From the NCBI GenBank assembly GCA_039794845.1, contig JAUQVK010000053.1, positions 1 through 47,217 of the forward strand: 47,217 nucleotides of DNA, written 5' to 3'. This stretch comes from Thermostichus sp. DRC_bins_24 (GTDB lineage: Bacteria > Cyanobacteriota > Cyanobacteriia > Thermostichales > Thermostichaceae). Of this stretch, positions 1-10,130 are shown piece by piece (the stretch's first letter is position 1; each line of letters starts with the position of its first letter). Position numbers and translations under genes: made by a program. The notes under the pieces are model-generated. The model worked only from the letters and a program-made list of their open reading frames with translations, ran no database searches and was not told the origin of the DNA.

Positions 1-161
1 CGGGCAATGGGAATTGACCTGGGATTGGAGCGATTCTTGACCGCTTCGGATGGCAGCTTCCAAAAGCGACCCAAGTTTTTCCAGTCGAGGCTACACAAGT
101 GGCAATTGCTGCCACGCAGAGCGACTCGAGATGGGAAGCCCGCGCTCTACCCGCTAGGGTG
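1..161 (+). pseudogene. tnpB: IS200/IS605-family tnpB remnant, internally deleted, ending in a truncated right-end hairpin
   Basis: The RuvC-I motif GIDLGLERFLTASDG joins almost directly to the tail GKPALYPLG, which is also seen in the 39.6-kb element. Hairpin GGGAAGCCCGCGCTCTACCCGCTAGGGTG at 133-161. Confidence 0.8.
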
Positions 162-171
162 CCGTACAAGC

Positions 172-1149
172 TTATACCGGCGGGTAACTTAGGAAGGGCA
201 TTTGGGCCAGGGTGCCTTGCACAGGGCCAACCTGAACGGCTAGCCCCTCTGCCGGTGCAAACTTGGTGCGCACATATCCCAGCCCCCAGTATCCCCGAGG
301 GGTCTGGCCTACACTGGTCAAAAGCCCAATTTTTTCTCCCGCTTGCTCAATGTCTGTGCCAGGTGCCACTGCTCCCTCCAGTCGGATCCCCCACAGGGTT
401 TGCCGAATGCGCTTATAGGTGACCTGCTTGGCCAAAACCTCCTGACCGATGTAACACCCTTTCGACAGAGAGATCGCCTGCCAAAGACCCGCCTCTAGGG
501 GGTTGTAATCGGTGGTGAGCTCGCGATCGGCAGCGGGGCGACCGGCCTCTAGGCGCAGTTGCTCCCACAGTTCTGCCTTACCGAGGGTGGCTCCAGCCTC
601 CATCAGCCCCTTCTGAACCTCAGCTTTCCCCGCCAGATCGCCCCAAAGGGTAAACCCTGGCACCACAACCCCCGTCCCACGGGCGAGATGAACCGGAATC
701 CCCTGGATTTCAACCTGTCGGTGCTGATGCTGTTCTGCCGGGATCCGCTCCGAACCGATTAGACCTTGTAATAATGCTGTACTCTCGCTGCCCAGCAGCC
801 CAAACGCGAAGGTGTGTTCTGTTGCATCCGATAACTGTGCCCCGCGCACAAAAGGCAACATCCGCCCCAAACTCTGGCTTAAGGTCTCCCGCCGCTGGGG
901 GGAGGTCCAAATCCAGCACTCTTCTTCCAACACATACACCGTCGTCAAATCGAGGATCCCTGCCGTGGGTGTCACAAAAACCGTATCCGCTCCCCGCCCA
1001 GGCTGCAGCGCTTTCAAATCCTGTGTGCTTTGGTTGTGCAGATATTCCAACCCTGGGGATCCCTTCATACGCAGGCGGCCCCACTCAGAACGGTCGATCA
1101 AGAGGGATCCTGCCCCTACGTGGGTTTGAATTGCAGAAAGAAGAGGCAT
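172..1149 (-). CDS. ygfZ: YgfZ/GcvT-family folate-binding Fe-S cluster repair protein
   Basis: Signature KGCYIGQE; GcvT-like N-terminus (RLRMKG...LHNQSTQD). Confidence 0.9.
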   Translation of the reverse strand: MPLLSAIQTHVGAGSLLIDRSEWGRLRMKGSPGLEYLHNQSTQDLKALQPGRGADTVFVTPTAGILDLTTVYVLEEECWIWTSPQRRETLSQSLGRMLPFVRGAQLSDATEHTFAFGLLGSESTALLQGLIGSERIPAEQHQHRQVEIQGIPVHLARGTGVVVPGFTLWGDLAGKAEVQKGLMEAGATLGKAELWEQLRLEAGRPAADRELTTDYNPLEAGLWQAISLSKGCYIGQEVLAKQVTYKRIRQTLWGIRLEGAVAPGTDIEQAGEKIGLLTSVGQTPRGYWGLGYVRTKFAPAEGLAVQVGPVQGTLAQMPFLSYPPV

Positions 1150-1336
1150 CAATCACTCACCCCAGCTATCCAATTTGGGTTTCTCCACTACCTTAGAGTC
1201 TTTTCACAGGCAACCCCCGGGTTGCCCTGGGGACTCAACCCGTAAACCCCATTCCCGAGAGCCTTGTGGCCACTGCCTAACTTAGAATAGGCTAGCTTAC
1301 CCTGCTATCTGTGGCGGATCCCCCGCCCACTGAACC

Positions 1337-2887
1337 GTGATCGAGGTCGAAGTTCATCAACAGTTGCGGCAGCTTTTGCGGCGGTCTCCCGAAGCCCTGT
1401 GGCCTCATCAATTGACGATGGCTCGCATGGTGGCGCGGGGATTGCGGCTGGGTCGTAGCGCCTTGATCCAGGTGCCGGCCGGGGGGCAGCATCGTCTCAG
1501 CTATCTGTTGCCGGCCCTGATGTGGCCCAATGCCACTCTTCTCTGTGCTACGGCTGCTGTGCAAGCGCAAATTTTGGGGGAAGAGATCCCGTGGCTACAG
1601 CACACCCTGCAACTGCATAAACCTGTCCTCCAAAAGGACCGCTGGCCGGATCCCGACTTTCAGGGGTTGCTTTTGGTGGATCCCGGTGATTGGCTGCAAG
1701 CTCGCCTGAGAGCTGGGGTTTCGGAGATGCCGACGGGGATCCCGGTGATCCTCGATGGGGCAGAAGATCTGGAAGATTGGGCCTACCGTGCCCTCACCGT
1801 TACGGTACAGGCACCCGACTGGCAACAGTTGCGACAGATTTTTCCGGCGGAGGCAGAACGGATCTCCCAGGCCCAGGTGAGCTTAGCCCTGCACCTGTTG
1901 CGTCGGCCCCTTTCCCGATGTCTGTTGCAGTCGGATGAACAGGTTCACCTGGATGGGGTGCTCTCTTTGATTGCAGGACACTCGGGCTGGCTACCGGATC
2001 CCTGGGAGCAGCTACGCCAACGGGCCAGCCTTGGGGGGGATCCCTCTTGGATTTGGTGGGCCGAAACCGACCGAGAAACCGGCAGCCTAACCCTCCACAA
2101 CAGCCCGTCTGCTCCCCAAGACTGGCTGGCACCCCTTTGGGCAACTCAGCCTGTGGTGATCATCGGCGAAGCGCTGGATTTGGATCGTCGGGCCCAAACC
2201 TTTCGACAGCGGTTGGGTTTGCCGGATCTCACCCCTTTGCGGTTTTTGTCGGGGGAGGGATGGCCCCGTTCTGGGGGGGGATTGGAGCCCTTGCAGAGCC
2301 TTTCTCTGTACTTGCCCCGTCTACCCTTGCCCAACAGCCCTCTTTTTCAGAGTCACCTGCTGCGGGAGCTGAAGTCCCTTATCCCTCAGGCTCAAGGCTT
2401 TGTGGTGGTGCTGGTGTCGGATCAGCCCTTGCAGTCGCAAGTGGGGGCGGTCTTGGCTGCCGAATTTGGCTCACGGGTACGGGTGAATGCACCGCTGCTG
2501 GCCGAGAACGGCATTTTGGTGTGCGACTGGCACCACTGGCTTCAACACAAAGCCAGCTTGCCCCGCCCCGAACTGATGGCGATTGCCACCTTGCCTTTTC
2601 CCTCGGTGGAGGATCCGAGGGTGGCTGGACGGGTGCAACACATGCAACGCACTCAGCAGGACTGGTTTCGTCAGTATCTTCTGCCTGTGGCTGCATCCCA
2701 ACTGCAACGGGCAGTGGCACCTTTGCGGCAGCGCTCTATCTCCGGTACGTTGACGGGAACAGAGCCGGGTTTGCTGGCCATTCTCGACAGCCGCATGATC
2801 GCTCGTAGCTACGGTACCTCCCTTTTGAATGCGTTGGGGCCAACCCTGCGGGTTGAACAAGGCAGTCAGCTCTTTGCTCCCCTCTAG
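1337..2887 (+). CDS. DinG/YoaA-like helicase-domain protein with degenerate motor motifs
   Basis: 516 aa with helicase C2-like motifs (ATLPFPSVEDP, LAILDSRM). Walker A and DEAH positions are degenerate. Confidence 0.75.
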   Translation: MIEVEVHQQLRQLLRRSPEALWPHQLTMARMVARGLRLGRSALIQVPAGGQHRLSYLLPALMWPNATLLCATAAVQAQILGEEIPWLQHTLQLHKPVLQKDRWPDPDFQGLLLVDPGDWLQARLRAGVSEMPTGIPVILDGAEDLEDWAYRALTVTVQAPDWQQLRQIFPAEAERISQAQVSLALHLLRRPLSRCLLQSDEQVHLDGVLSLIAGHSGWLPDPWEQLRQRASLGGDPSWIWWAETDRETGSLTLHNSPSAPQDWLAPLWATQPVVIIGEALDLDRRAQTFRQRLGLPDLTPLRFLSGEGWPRSGGGLEPLQSLSLYLPRLPLPNSPLFQSHLLRELKSLIPQAQGFVVVLVSDQPLQSQVGAVLAAEFGSRVRVNAPLLAENGILVCDWHHWLQHKASLPRPELMAIATLPFPSVEDPRVAGRVQHMQRTQQDWFRQYLLPVAASQLQRAVAPLRQRSISGTLTGTEPGLLAILDSRMIARSYGTSLLNALGPTLRVEQGSQLFAPL

Positions 2888-3057
2888 CTGCGGATCGGAT
2901 CCCCAAAAAACCGGCAGAACCACAGCCTTCTTTCCCCTTATGGCCTAGGGCTTGTTGTTGCCAGATCCCGATTTTGTCAATCCGATATGGTTGATGTTTC
3001 TCAGACTGCCCGCCGCGAGAGTTACTGTGTATCAGGTTGTGTGATGAGGATAAGGCC

Positions 3058-3417
3058 ATGACCGTCGAACGCTGGACAGATGCCATGCTCGACAAGCTGG
3101 GATCCGATGTGGCGGCTCTGCTTGAGGGGCAACGACTGATTGTGCAAATCTACCAGCAGGAACACGAGGCTCGTGTGGAGGATCGCCGTCGATTCAATGC
3201 TTTTATTGAGCGGCAGGAACGCCTGAACCAAGAACAGCAGCGCATTAATCAGGAACAGCAGCGTATCTATGAAGAACAGCAGCGCATTAATCAGGAACAG
3301 CAGCGCATTAATCAGAATCTGCAACACACACTTCAGCAGTTGGAGATCTCGATAGCCCGTATCGAAGAGCATCTTCGCTTCAGCCGAGAAAATGGCCATC
3401 GCAACGGGGCAGAATAG
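3058..3417 (+). CDS. Coiled-coil hypothetical protein with INQEQQR heptad repeats
   Basis: ATG at 3058 preceded by GAGGA; starts MTVERWTDAMLDKL; contains in-frame 21-bp repeats. Confidence 0.7.
   Translation: MTVERWTDAMLDKLGSDVAALLEGQRLIVQIYQQEHEARVEDRRRFNAFIERQERLNQEQQRINQEQQRIYEEQQRINQEQQRINQNLQHTLQQLEISIARIEEHLRFSRENGHRNGAE
3232..3315 (+). repeat. Coding tandem repeat, 4 x 21 bp (GAACAGCAGCGCATTAATCAG)
   Basis: Units at 3232, 3253 (variant), 3274 and 3295. Confidence 0.9.
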
Positions 3418-3499
3418 GCAGGGTTTGTATCCTGCGAAGCCAAATCCAACTAAGGATCCACGTTATCCTGAGACTGGATTACTCCTACTCTTCCTTGCC

Positions 3500-3694
3500 A
3501 TGATGAGTCCTGCTCTCAGCTCTGATTCAGCACTGCATGCGCAAGCGGTTTGGAAGCCATTGCGTCAGGCGATCGTGGAAAGCTCCGGTTTCCAGGGATG
3601 GCTGCAGGGCCGCGAATTGCCCGGCCAAGACTTTGAATTGGATCAGTTGGTGCATCAGTACCTCGAACAGACTCTCTCCCACTTGGCCTACTGA
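3500..3694 (+). CDS. Small conserved cyanobacterial hypothetical protein
   Basis: The pattern W..LRQAIVESSGFQGW...LDQLVHQYLEQTLSHLAY resembles a small cyanobacterial family ending in LAY. Confidence 0.7.
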   Translation: MMSPALSSDSALHAQAVWKPLRQAIVESSGFQGWLQGRELPGQDFELDQLVHQYLEQTLSHLAY

Positions 3695-3813
3695 TGCCTG
3701 TCTAGGCTGGCTCACCGCTCAAGAGGTGGATGGGGTGAGCTTCTATGGGGCTGAGGAGGTCTTGCCAGAGCCCATCCTTGCTGTGCTTTTGCCCGAGGAT
3801 TCCAATCGCAAAT

Positions 3814-4782
3814 TCAAGCACCCCACAGACTGAGCCAGAGGGGTAGGGTCACCAGCAGCGCCGGATAGCCAATTCCCAGAGCTGTCACCGTGATCTCCCG
3901 ATCCAAGTTATATTCTTCCGCCAGCACAAGGGTGGCAATGGCGGGGGGCATTCCCGATTGCAAAACCAGCACCAGCTTGGCCAAAGGGGGGTAGGGGGTG
4001 AAGGCCAACCCTATTCCCACCAGTAAGGGCACCAGCAACAGCTTAATGAAGAGCGCAACTCCGGCGGGCTGAAAGGATCCCCAGCGGTTCACCAAGGCCA
4101 GTCGCATCCCCAGCAGGATGAGACTCAACGGGATCATCCCCCACGCAAAGGTGGTCAATCCCTGAGATAACCACCCCGGCAAGGGTTGACGCGCCAACAA
4201 TAGGCCCAGGCCAAAAGACCAGAGGGCAGGGGTACGCAAAATGTGAACGCCCACTTGCCAGGCTTGAGCACAGGAGTTGCCATGGCGGCTGGCCACCCAC
4301 ACCCCAAACCCATAGGCCATGAACAAGGTGCCCAAGAGGTCGTAAAACAGCGCCCAGCCGAAATAGGGGGCTCCCGCCACCGCCAGACAGATGGGGTAGC
4401 CCAAATAGCCGGTATTCCCTAGGGTTGCCGCCAAGTGAAAGCTGCCCTGCTGAGCGCTGCTCAAAGAAGGGGGCAAAACATCTGCAAGCTCTGGCTTTCC
4501 CTGCAGGTAATGCTGCCAGCGCAACCACCCGCTGGCCAGTCCGGATCCCAGCCCTACCGACAACCAACAAATCAGAGGGGCTACCCAAATCTGCCCCGAC
4601 AGATCCACCCCCTGCAAAAAACCAACAATGCTGAGGGGCACCCCCACCCAAAACATAAACCGCCCCAGCGGATAAGGGCCCAGCCAACGGTTCCAGTCCG
4701 TGGGCATTCCCTTCTGCAGGAGATAGCCCAGTACTGTCCAGCCCAGCAACGGGGAGTAAACCTGAACAAGAGTGGTGAGCAC
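3814..4782 (-). CDS. AEC (auxin efflux carrier) family transporter
   Basis: About 10 hydrophobic segments; GNTGYLGYP and QSGMPPA motifs. Confidence 0.88.
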   Translation of the reverse strand: MLTTLVQVYSPLLGWTVLGYLLQKGMPTDWNRWLGPYPLGRFMFWVGVPLSIVGFLQGVDLSGQIWVAPLICWLSVGLGSGLASGWLRWQHYLQGKPELADVLPPSLSSAQQGSFHLAATLGNTGYLGYPICLAVAGAPYFGWALFYDLLGTLFMAYGFGVWVASRHGNSCAQAWQVGVHILRTPALWSFGLGLLLARQPLPGWLSQGLTTFAWGMIPLSLILLGMRLALVNRWGSFQPAGVALFIKLLLVPLLVGIGLAFTPYPPLAKLVLVLQSGMPPAIATLVLAEEYNLDREITVTALGIGYPALLVTLPLWLSLWGA

Positions 4783-4835
4783 GCAACCGTAGCCTTAGCG
4801 AAGGGATCCCCTTTGAGTTGGGGGGGAGGGGCTGA

Positions 4836-6110
4836 TCATGTCAGCGCCGGGAGGGGAGAAGGCTGAGCTTCGGAATCCCGCAGGGCGAAGATGCGCTCGA
4901 TCACCTCCTCCACCACCCGGTCGGGGGTAGAAGCGCCAGAAGTGATGCCAATCTGCACCGGTCCATCGGGCAGCCATCCTTCTGTGACGGTGATCTCTCC
5001 CTGCAACGGTTTGTGACGGATGCGGTTGTTGGCCTCAATGCAAGCAGGGCCATCGATGTGAAAAGAGCGCAACCCTTTTTCCAGAGCAATTTCCTGAAGG
5101 TGGGTAGTGTTGGAGGAATTGAACCCCCCGATCACCACCATGACATCCAAGGGTTCCTCAATCAGCTCAAACATGGCATCTTGCCGCTCTTGGGTAGCGT
5201 TGCAGATGGTGTTGAAGCTCATAAAGTGCTCGTCCAACCGTTGTGGCCCATATTTGCGCAGCATCGTGGTTTCAAACAGCTTGGCGATGGCACGGGTTTC
5301 TCCCTCAAGCATGGTGGTTTGGTTGGCGATGCCAATCCGCTCCAGATCCCGATCCGGGTCAAATCCAGGAGAGGTAGCTTTGCCGAAGCGCTGCCGGAAG
5401 TCTGTCGCATTTCCGCCTTCGAGAATGTAGCGAGCAACCCATTCGGCTTCTTCCAGGTTGAGCACCACCAGGTATTTTTCGGCAAAGGAGCTGGTAGCTA
5501 AGGTCTCTTCGTGATTGTATTTGCCGTGGATCACGGAAGTGAACTGGGCGGCCCGATGTTTGTCCACCTGGTTCCAGACCCGAGAGACCCAGGGGCAGGT
5601 GGTATCGACAATCTCGTTGCCCTGTGACCGGAAAAACTCCATTTCCGATACGCTCGCCCCAAAGGCAGGCCAGAGCACCACATCCTGAGGCTGAATGGCG
5701 GAAAAATCCTTTTGCCCATCGGGCCCTTTGCCGACAAAACGGATCCCCATATCCTGGAGGTGTTGGTTCACCAAGGGGTTGTGGATGATCTCGTTGGTGA
5801 TCCACAGTTGCCGATCCGGGAAGCGTCGCCGTGCCTCATAGGCATACTCCACCGCTCGCTCTACCCCCCAACAGAAGCCAAAGGCCTTGGCCAGGCGAAT
5901 GGTGATATCCCCCCTTTGGTAGCGGTAAGCCTGGGCGCGAATCTGTTCGACAAGGGGGCTTTTGTAGGTGGTTTGCAGATCCGATTGCACCTGATCTTTG
6001 TGCTCCTCAAACCCTTTAGCAAAATAGGTGCTGGATCCGCGAAGCGCTTTGCGCAGAGCACGGGGATCCTGCGGCGAGGTGCCAGGGGCAGAGGATGGGG
6101 AATGAGCCAT
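4836..6110 (-). CDS. ispH: 4-hydroxy-3-methylbut-2-enyl diphosphate reductase (IspH/LytB)
   Basis: [31 protein letters not shown] and GASTPD motifs. Confidence 0.97.
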   Translation of the reverse strand: MAHSPSSAPGTSPQDPRALRKALRGSSTYFAKGFEEHKDQVQSDLQTTYKSPLVEQIRAQAYRYQRGDITIRLAKAFGFCWGVERAVEYAYEARRRFPDRQLWITNEIIHNPLVNQHLQDMGIRFVGKGPDGQKDFSAIQPQDVVLWPAFGASVSEMEFFRSQGNEIVDTTCPWVSRVWNQVDKHRAAQFTSVIHGKYNHEETLATSSFAEKYLVVLNLEEAEWVARYILEGGNATDFRQRFGKATSPGFDPDRDLERIGIANQTTMLEGETRAIAKLFETTMLRKYGPQRLDEHFMSFNTICNATQERQDAMFELIEEPLDVMVVIGGFNSSNTTHLQEIALEKGLRSFHIDGPACIEANNRIRHKPLQGEITVTEGWLPDGPVQIGITSGASTPDRVVEEVIERIFALRDSEAQPSPLPALT

Positions 6111-6264
6111 GATCACGACAAGTTGAGGGATCCATTCTCAGCTTACGTCCAGTCTCGAATATCTGTAGCGGATGAAGACATGGACAGGAAGAAGATCCCG
6201 TCTTTTTCTCTCCGGGCTTCACCGTGTTGATGGTCTGTCCGCAGATTTGTAAGCCCTACCCGCC

Positions 6265-6348
6265 TCAGCTTGACTTGCAGGAACCCCGCGCTCTATGCGT
6301 AGCATGTTGGCGTTAGCCTGCCGTTAGGCGTTGCGTTGGGTAGTTTAC
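6265..6348 (+). mobile_element. Solo IS200/IS605 right-end remnant (multi-hairpin, ends GGGTAGTTTAC)
   Basis: Closely similar to 45060-45143 and to the right end of the tnpB remnant at 39588-39660. Confidence 0.75.
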
Positions 6349-6413
6349 GGACGCTTGCCCTTGGGTAAATCCAGGCCGTAGGGTGAAAAGGTCAAACGAC
6401 CTTGCCCCCACCC

Positions 6414-7262
6414 ATGCCCAGTGCCACCCTGTTGGTGTCTTGCCCCGATCAGAAAGGGTTGGTAGCCAAGCTCTCTGCCTTTATCCACAGCTACGACGGC
6501 AATATCATCCACGCCGATCACCATACGGATCCCGAGGCGGGGTTGTTCTTGAGCCGCATCGAGTGGGATTTGCAAGGGTTTCAGCTAGAACGGGCGGAAA
6601 TCATTCCCGCCTTTTCGGGCATTGCCCGCAGCATCCAGGCCAACTGGGAGCTACACTTTTCCGATGCCTGCCCCCGCATCGCCCTCTGGGCTAGCAAACA
6701 AACCCACTGTCTACTGGATCTGATCTGGCGGCAACGGGCCGGGGAATTACCGGCGGAAATCCCCCTGATCATCAGCAATCACCCGGATCTGGAACCCACA
6801 GCCCGTTCCTTTGGCATCGACTACCATTACATTCCCGTCTTGGCTCCCCAGAAAGCAGAAGCCGAGGCACAACAACTGACCCTTCTGAAGGAGTATCGCA
6901 TTGACTTGGTGGTGCTGGCCAAGTACATGCAGGTTTTGAGCGGATCCCTGCTCCGCCAGTCCCCGCCGGTAATCAACATTCACCACTCAACGCTACCCGC
7001 CTTTGCCGGGGCCAACCCTTACCACCGCGCCCACCAACGGGGGGTCAAGATCATCGGTGCAACCGCCCATTACGCCACCGAAGATCTGGATGAAGGGCCG
7101 ATCATCGAACAGGATGTGATGCGGGTGAGCCACCGCGATACTGTGGCCGACCTCATCCGCAAAGGCCGCGATATGGAGCGGATGGTTTTGGCGCGGGCCG
7201 TGCGCTACCACCTGGAAAATCGGGTGTTGGTCTACCGGAACAAAACGGTGGTGTTCGCTTGA
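6414..7262 (+). CDS. purU: Formyltetrahydrofolate deformylase
   Basis: N-terminal ACT domain (CPDQKGLVA); INIHHS, GATAHY and LDEGPIIEQ motifs. Confidence 0.97.
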   Translation: MPSATLLVSCPDQKGLVAKLSAFIHSYDGNIIHADHHTDPEAGLFLSRIEWDLQGFQLERAEIIPAFSGIARSIQANWELHFSDACPRIALWASKQTHCLLDLIWRQRAGELPAEIPLIISNHPDLEPTARSFGIDYHYIPVLAPQKAEAEAQQLTLLKEYRIDLVVLAKYMQVLSGSLLRQSPPVINIHHSTLPAFAGANPYHRAHQRGVKIIGATAHYATEDLDEGPIIEQDVMRVSHRDTVADLIRKGRDMERMVLARAVRYHLENRVLVYRNKTVVFA

Positions 7263-7280
7263 GTACCCGACCCGACTCCT

Positions 7281-8063
7281 TCAGGGCGTGGCGCCTTTCA
7301 GGGGGATCCCTTGTCGTTCTCGCAGCAGGGCCATGATCTCATCCTTCACATCCTGAAAGGCGGAGGTGCGCTTGAGGCTGTAGTCCCGCTGGCTGGGGAA
7401 ATCAACCGGGATCTCCCGCTTCACGCGACCGGGGTGGGAGGTGAGTACGTAGATGCGCTGCGACAGAAACACCGCCTCCTCCACATCGTGGGTGATCATC
7501 AAAATGGAGGTGCGTGTCCGTTGCCAGAGTTCCAACAAAAACTCCTGCATGGTTTCTTTGGTTTGCACATCCAAAGCACCAAAAGGTTCGTCCAAAAGCA
7601 AAATTTTCGGTTGGGCCGCCAGAGCACGGGCGATCGCCACCCGCTGTTTCATGCCACCCGAGAGTTGTTTGGGCAGGGCTTTGGCAAAGCGCTCTAAACC
7701 GACGATCTCCAAAAAATAGTCCACCCGTGCCGCCCGCTCCTGACGGTTCACCCCCTGCAATTTCAGGCCAAAACCGACATTCTCCGCCACGTTCATCCAG
7801 GGGTAGAGGGTATAGGACTGGAACACCACCCCCCGATCCGCCCCCGGCCCAATCACCGGCTCGCCATCGACGCTGATGGATCCCTGGCTAGGCTGATCCA
7901 AACCGGCAATCAGGCGCAACAGGGTGGTCTTACCTGAGCCAGAAGCCCCCACTACACAGACAAATTCTCCCGACTCCACGTGCAAATTCACCCCGTCCAG
8001 GGCCAAAACGGATCCCTGTCGGGTGGGAAAGGATTTGCTTAGGCCGACCACTTCCAGATGCAT
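7281..8063 (-). CDS. NitT/TauT-family ABC transporter ATP-binding protein
   Basis: GASGSGKTT, LSGGMKQR and LLLDEPFGALD motifs. Confidence 0.93.
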   Translation of the reverse strand: MHLEVVGLSKSFPTRQGSVLALDGVNLHVESGEFVCVVGASGSGKTTLLRLIAGLDQPSQGSISVDGEPVIGPGADRGVVFQSYTLYPWMNVAENVGFGLKLQGVNRQERAARVDYFLEIVGLERFAKALPKQLSGGMKQRVAIARALAAQPKILLLDEPFGALDVQTKETMQEFLLELWQRTRTSILMITHDVEEAVFLSQRIYVLTSHPGRVKREIPVDFPSQRDYSLKRTSAFQDVKDEIMALLRERQGIPLKGATP

Positions 8064-8072
8064 GGCACTCCC

Positions 8073-8945
8073 CTATAGAAAGGCCCAACGGCACGTTAAA
8101 CGCACCAAACGGCGCAACAGCAAATCCAGTAAGAAACCAATTAAGCCCAAAACAATTAAGCAGGCAAAAATTTCGTCCGTTCTAAAAAAGCGTTGTGCCA
8201 ACTGGATTCGCCTGCCTAGCCCCTCGTTGGCCGCTACCAATTCTGCCACCACCACCAGGTTCCAAGAGGCAGCCATGTTGATGCGAAAGGTATCGAGAAT
8301 ATTGGGGGTAATGTAGGGAGTGATCACCTGCAGCAACACCTGCCAACGCCTGCCCCCTAGGGTGTAGGTGGCCTCGATCAGCTCCTTGGGAATGAACTTC
8401 ACCGCATCCATGATCATCAGCATGTTGAAAAAAACGGTGCCAATGAAAATTAGGCCAATCTTGGGGGCTTCATCCAACCCCAGGTAGATGATCAACAACG
8501 GGGTAAAGGCAGGGGCGGGCATGTAACGAAAAATGCCGCTAATCGGCTCGATCAGGGCGCGGATGCTGGCAAAGGTGCCCATGGCAATGCCGAGCGGGGT
8601 GGCCACCACTGCCGCCAACAAAAAACCGCTGCTTACCCTCCCGAAGCTGGCTAGAGTGTCGGTCCACAACAGACCATCCCGCCAAAGCCGCACCAAAGCC
8701 GCCCCCACCAAAGGTGGCGAGGGCAAAAAGCGCGGCGGCACCCACCCCGATACCGACAGCCCCCACCACGAAGCAAAGGGCACCAGCACCGACAACGCCA
8801 TCAGCAACAACGCCAGTGAACGGGGGATCCCTTCCGCAATCCGCCAGAATACTGTCGGGGGCAGGCTAGGGCGGGCCGGGGGAGGTTCAACCGGAGCAGT
8901 TCGCATTTTTTTCGCCTCCTGAAGGGATCCCTGCGGTCTCAACAC
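8073..8945 (-). CDS. NitT/TauT-family ABC transporter permease (start may be 8906)
   Basis: FLPSP and EAA-like ELIEATYTLG motifs; transmembrane segments. Confidence 0.9.
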   Translation of the reverse strand: MLRPQGSLQEAKKMRTAPVEPPPARPSLPPTVFWRIAEGIPRSLALLLMALSVLVPFASWWGLSVSGWVPPRFLPSPPLVGAALVRLWRDGLLWTDTLASFGRVSSGFLLAAVVATPLGIAMGTFASIRALIEPISGIFRYMPAPAFTPLLIIYLGLDEAPKIGLIFIGTVFFNMLMIMDAVKFIPKELIEATYTLGGRRWQVLLQVITPYITPNILDTFRINMAASWNLVVVAELVAANEGLGRRIQLAQRFFRTDEIFACLIVLGLIGFLLDLLLRRLVRLTCRWAFL

Positions 8946-8971
8946 ACCTCAACCCAACAGAATCACCAACA

Positions 8972-10000
8972 TTACGGTTTAACCCCGACTGACTCGGCAT
9001 AGGCGCGGATGAAGCGGTCATCGAACAACGCATCCAGATCTGCAGGCCCTTCCGGAATAAAGCCCACCCCCACCATGAACTCCGTCATCTGCACCGCTGC
9101 GTAGCGCATATGTTGCATTCCTTCACCGGGACTGAAGGCTTCCAGGTTGTCTTCAACGGTGAAGAAACGGGTGCCATCCCTGAACAGTTGCAGCTCTTCC
9201 GGGGTGACCCCAGCGCGTCTGGCCATAATTTCGTCCGCCCGCTCAGGGTTTTCTTCCATAAACGCCAAGATATCGAACCAACTGTTGACCAACGCTTGCA
9301 CTTGATCCGGCTGCTCGTCGATCAGCTTTTGGCTCACCACCAACAGATCCGGAATCGCCCCCGGAAACTCCGCCGAAGAAAACAGCTCTTTGCTGCCGGG
9401 GCGCTCCAGAGCCGTCAACCAAAAAGGCGGAAAAGCTCCCACTGCATCCACCTGGCCTGCCGCAAAAGCAGCGGCGGCCGCCCCCGTTTCCAGGGGCACA
9501 ATTGTTACATCATCTCGAGAAAACCCCTCCCGTTCCAGGCCAAGGGTCAGGAGAAAATCCCCAACCACCCCCTCTTCCACAGCCACCCGCTTCCCAACGA
9601 GATCGGCAATGCTGTTGATTTCTTCGCTGACGATGATCTTGTCATTCCCGGCCGAGTTGTCGTTCACCAACACCACCACCTGGCCATTCACCGATTCCGG
9701 CGCAAAGGAGATGGTGTCGTTCAGGGTTTGGGCATTGGCATCCAGTTGTCCCGCAGCAAAGGCCTCCAGCGACTCCACATAGCCATCGAACCAGCGCAAC
9801 TGCACATTGGCCCCGTTTTTTTCGAAGATGCCTTCTTCTTCTCCGATCGCCCATGGCCACCATCCGGCCCAGCTGCTATAGCCCATTTGAATGGGAGTTT
9901 GGGCCAGTGCAGGAGGGGATCCCCCCAGCAAGAGGGTGGGCAGCAGCCCCACCACCCAAGACACAACATGACGACGAGGGATCCGCAGCAAAGAAGTCAT
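8972..10000 (-). CDS. NitT/TauT (SsuA/THI5-like) ABC substrate-binding protein
   Basis: Signal peptide ending ALA-Q; GYSSWAGWWPW and NDNSAGNDKII motifs; first gene of the ABC operon. Confidence 0.88.
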   Translation of the reverse strand: MTSLLRIPRRHVVSWVVGLLPTLLLGGSPPALAQTPIQMGYSSWAGWWPWAIGEEEGIFEKNGANVQLRWFDGYVESLEAFAAGQLDANAQTLNDTISFAPESVNGQVVVLVNDNSAGNDKIIVSEEINSIADLVGKRVAVEEGVVGDFLLTLGLEREGFSRDDVTIVPLETGAAAAAFAAGQVDAVGAFPPFWLTALERPGSKELFSSAEFPGAIPDLLVVSQKLIDEQPDQVQALVNSWFDILAFMEENPERADEIMARRAGVTPEELQLFRDGTRFFTVEDNLEAFSPGEGMQHMRYAAVQMTEFMVGVGFIPEGPADLDALFDDRFIRAYAESVGVKP

Positions 10001-10091
10001 AGGCTGTGAAGCGTGAACAGCAGCAGGGCAAGCCAGACGAGAAGCATTAGCAGACTTTGTTTCCAGAGTCCTCTTTATGAGAGCATTAAAC

Positions 10092-10107
10092 TGTGGATTT
10101 GGCTACA
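10092..10107 (-). promoter_or_regulatory. Possible NtcA-type site upstream of the ABC operon
   Basis: Minus strand reads TGTAGCCAAATCCACA (GTA-N8-CAC, one mismatch to GTA-N8-TAC). Confidence 0.35.
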
Positions 10108-10130
10108 AACCTTTGCCATCCTTCGGTGGC

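Noticed and set aside
162..192. Continuation of the IS right end (CGGGTAACTTAG)
   Set aside because: Bases 172-192 are the last codons of ygfZ on the opposite strand; similarity to the other IS ends stops at about 161.
10001..10130. Guanidine-I (ykkC) riboswitch upstream of the ABC operon
   Set aside because: No CUAGGGUUCCG or AAAAGCCCGGGAG-like elements on the minus strand.
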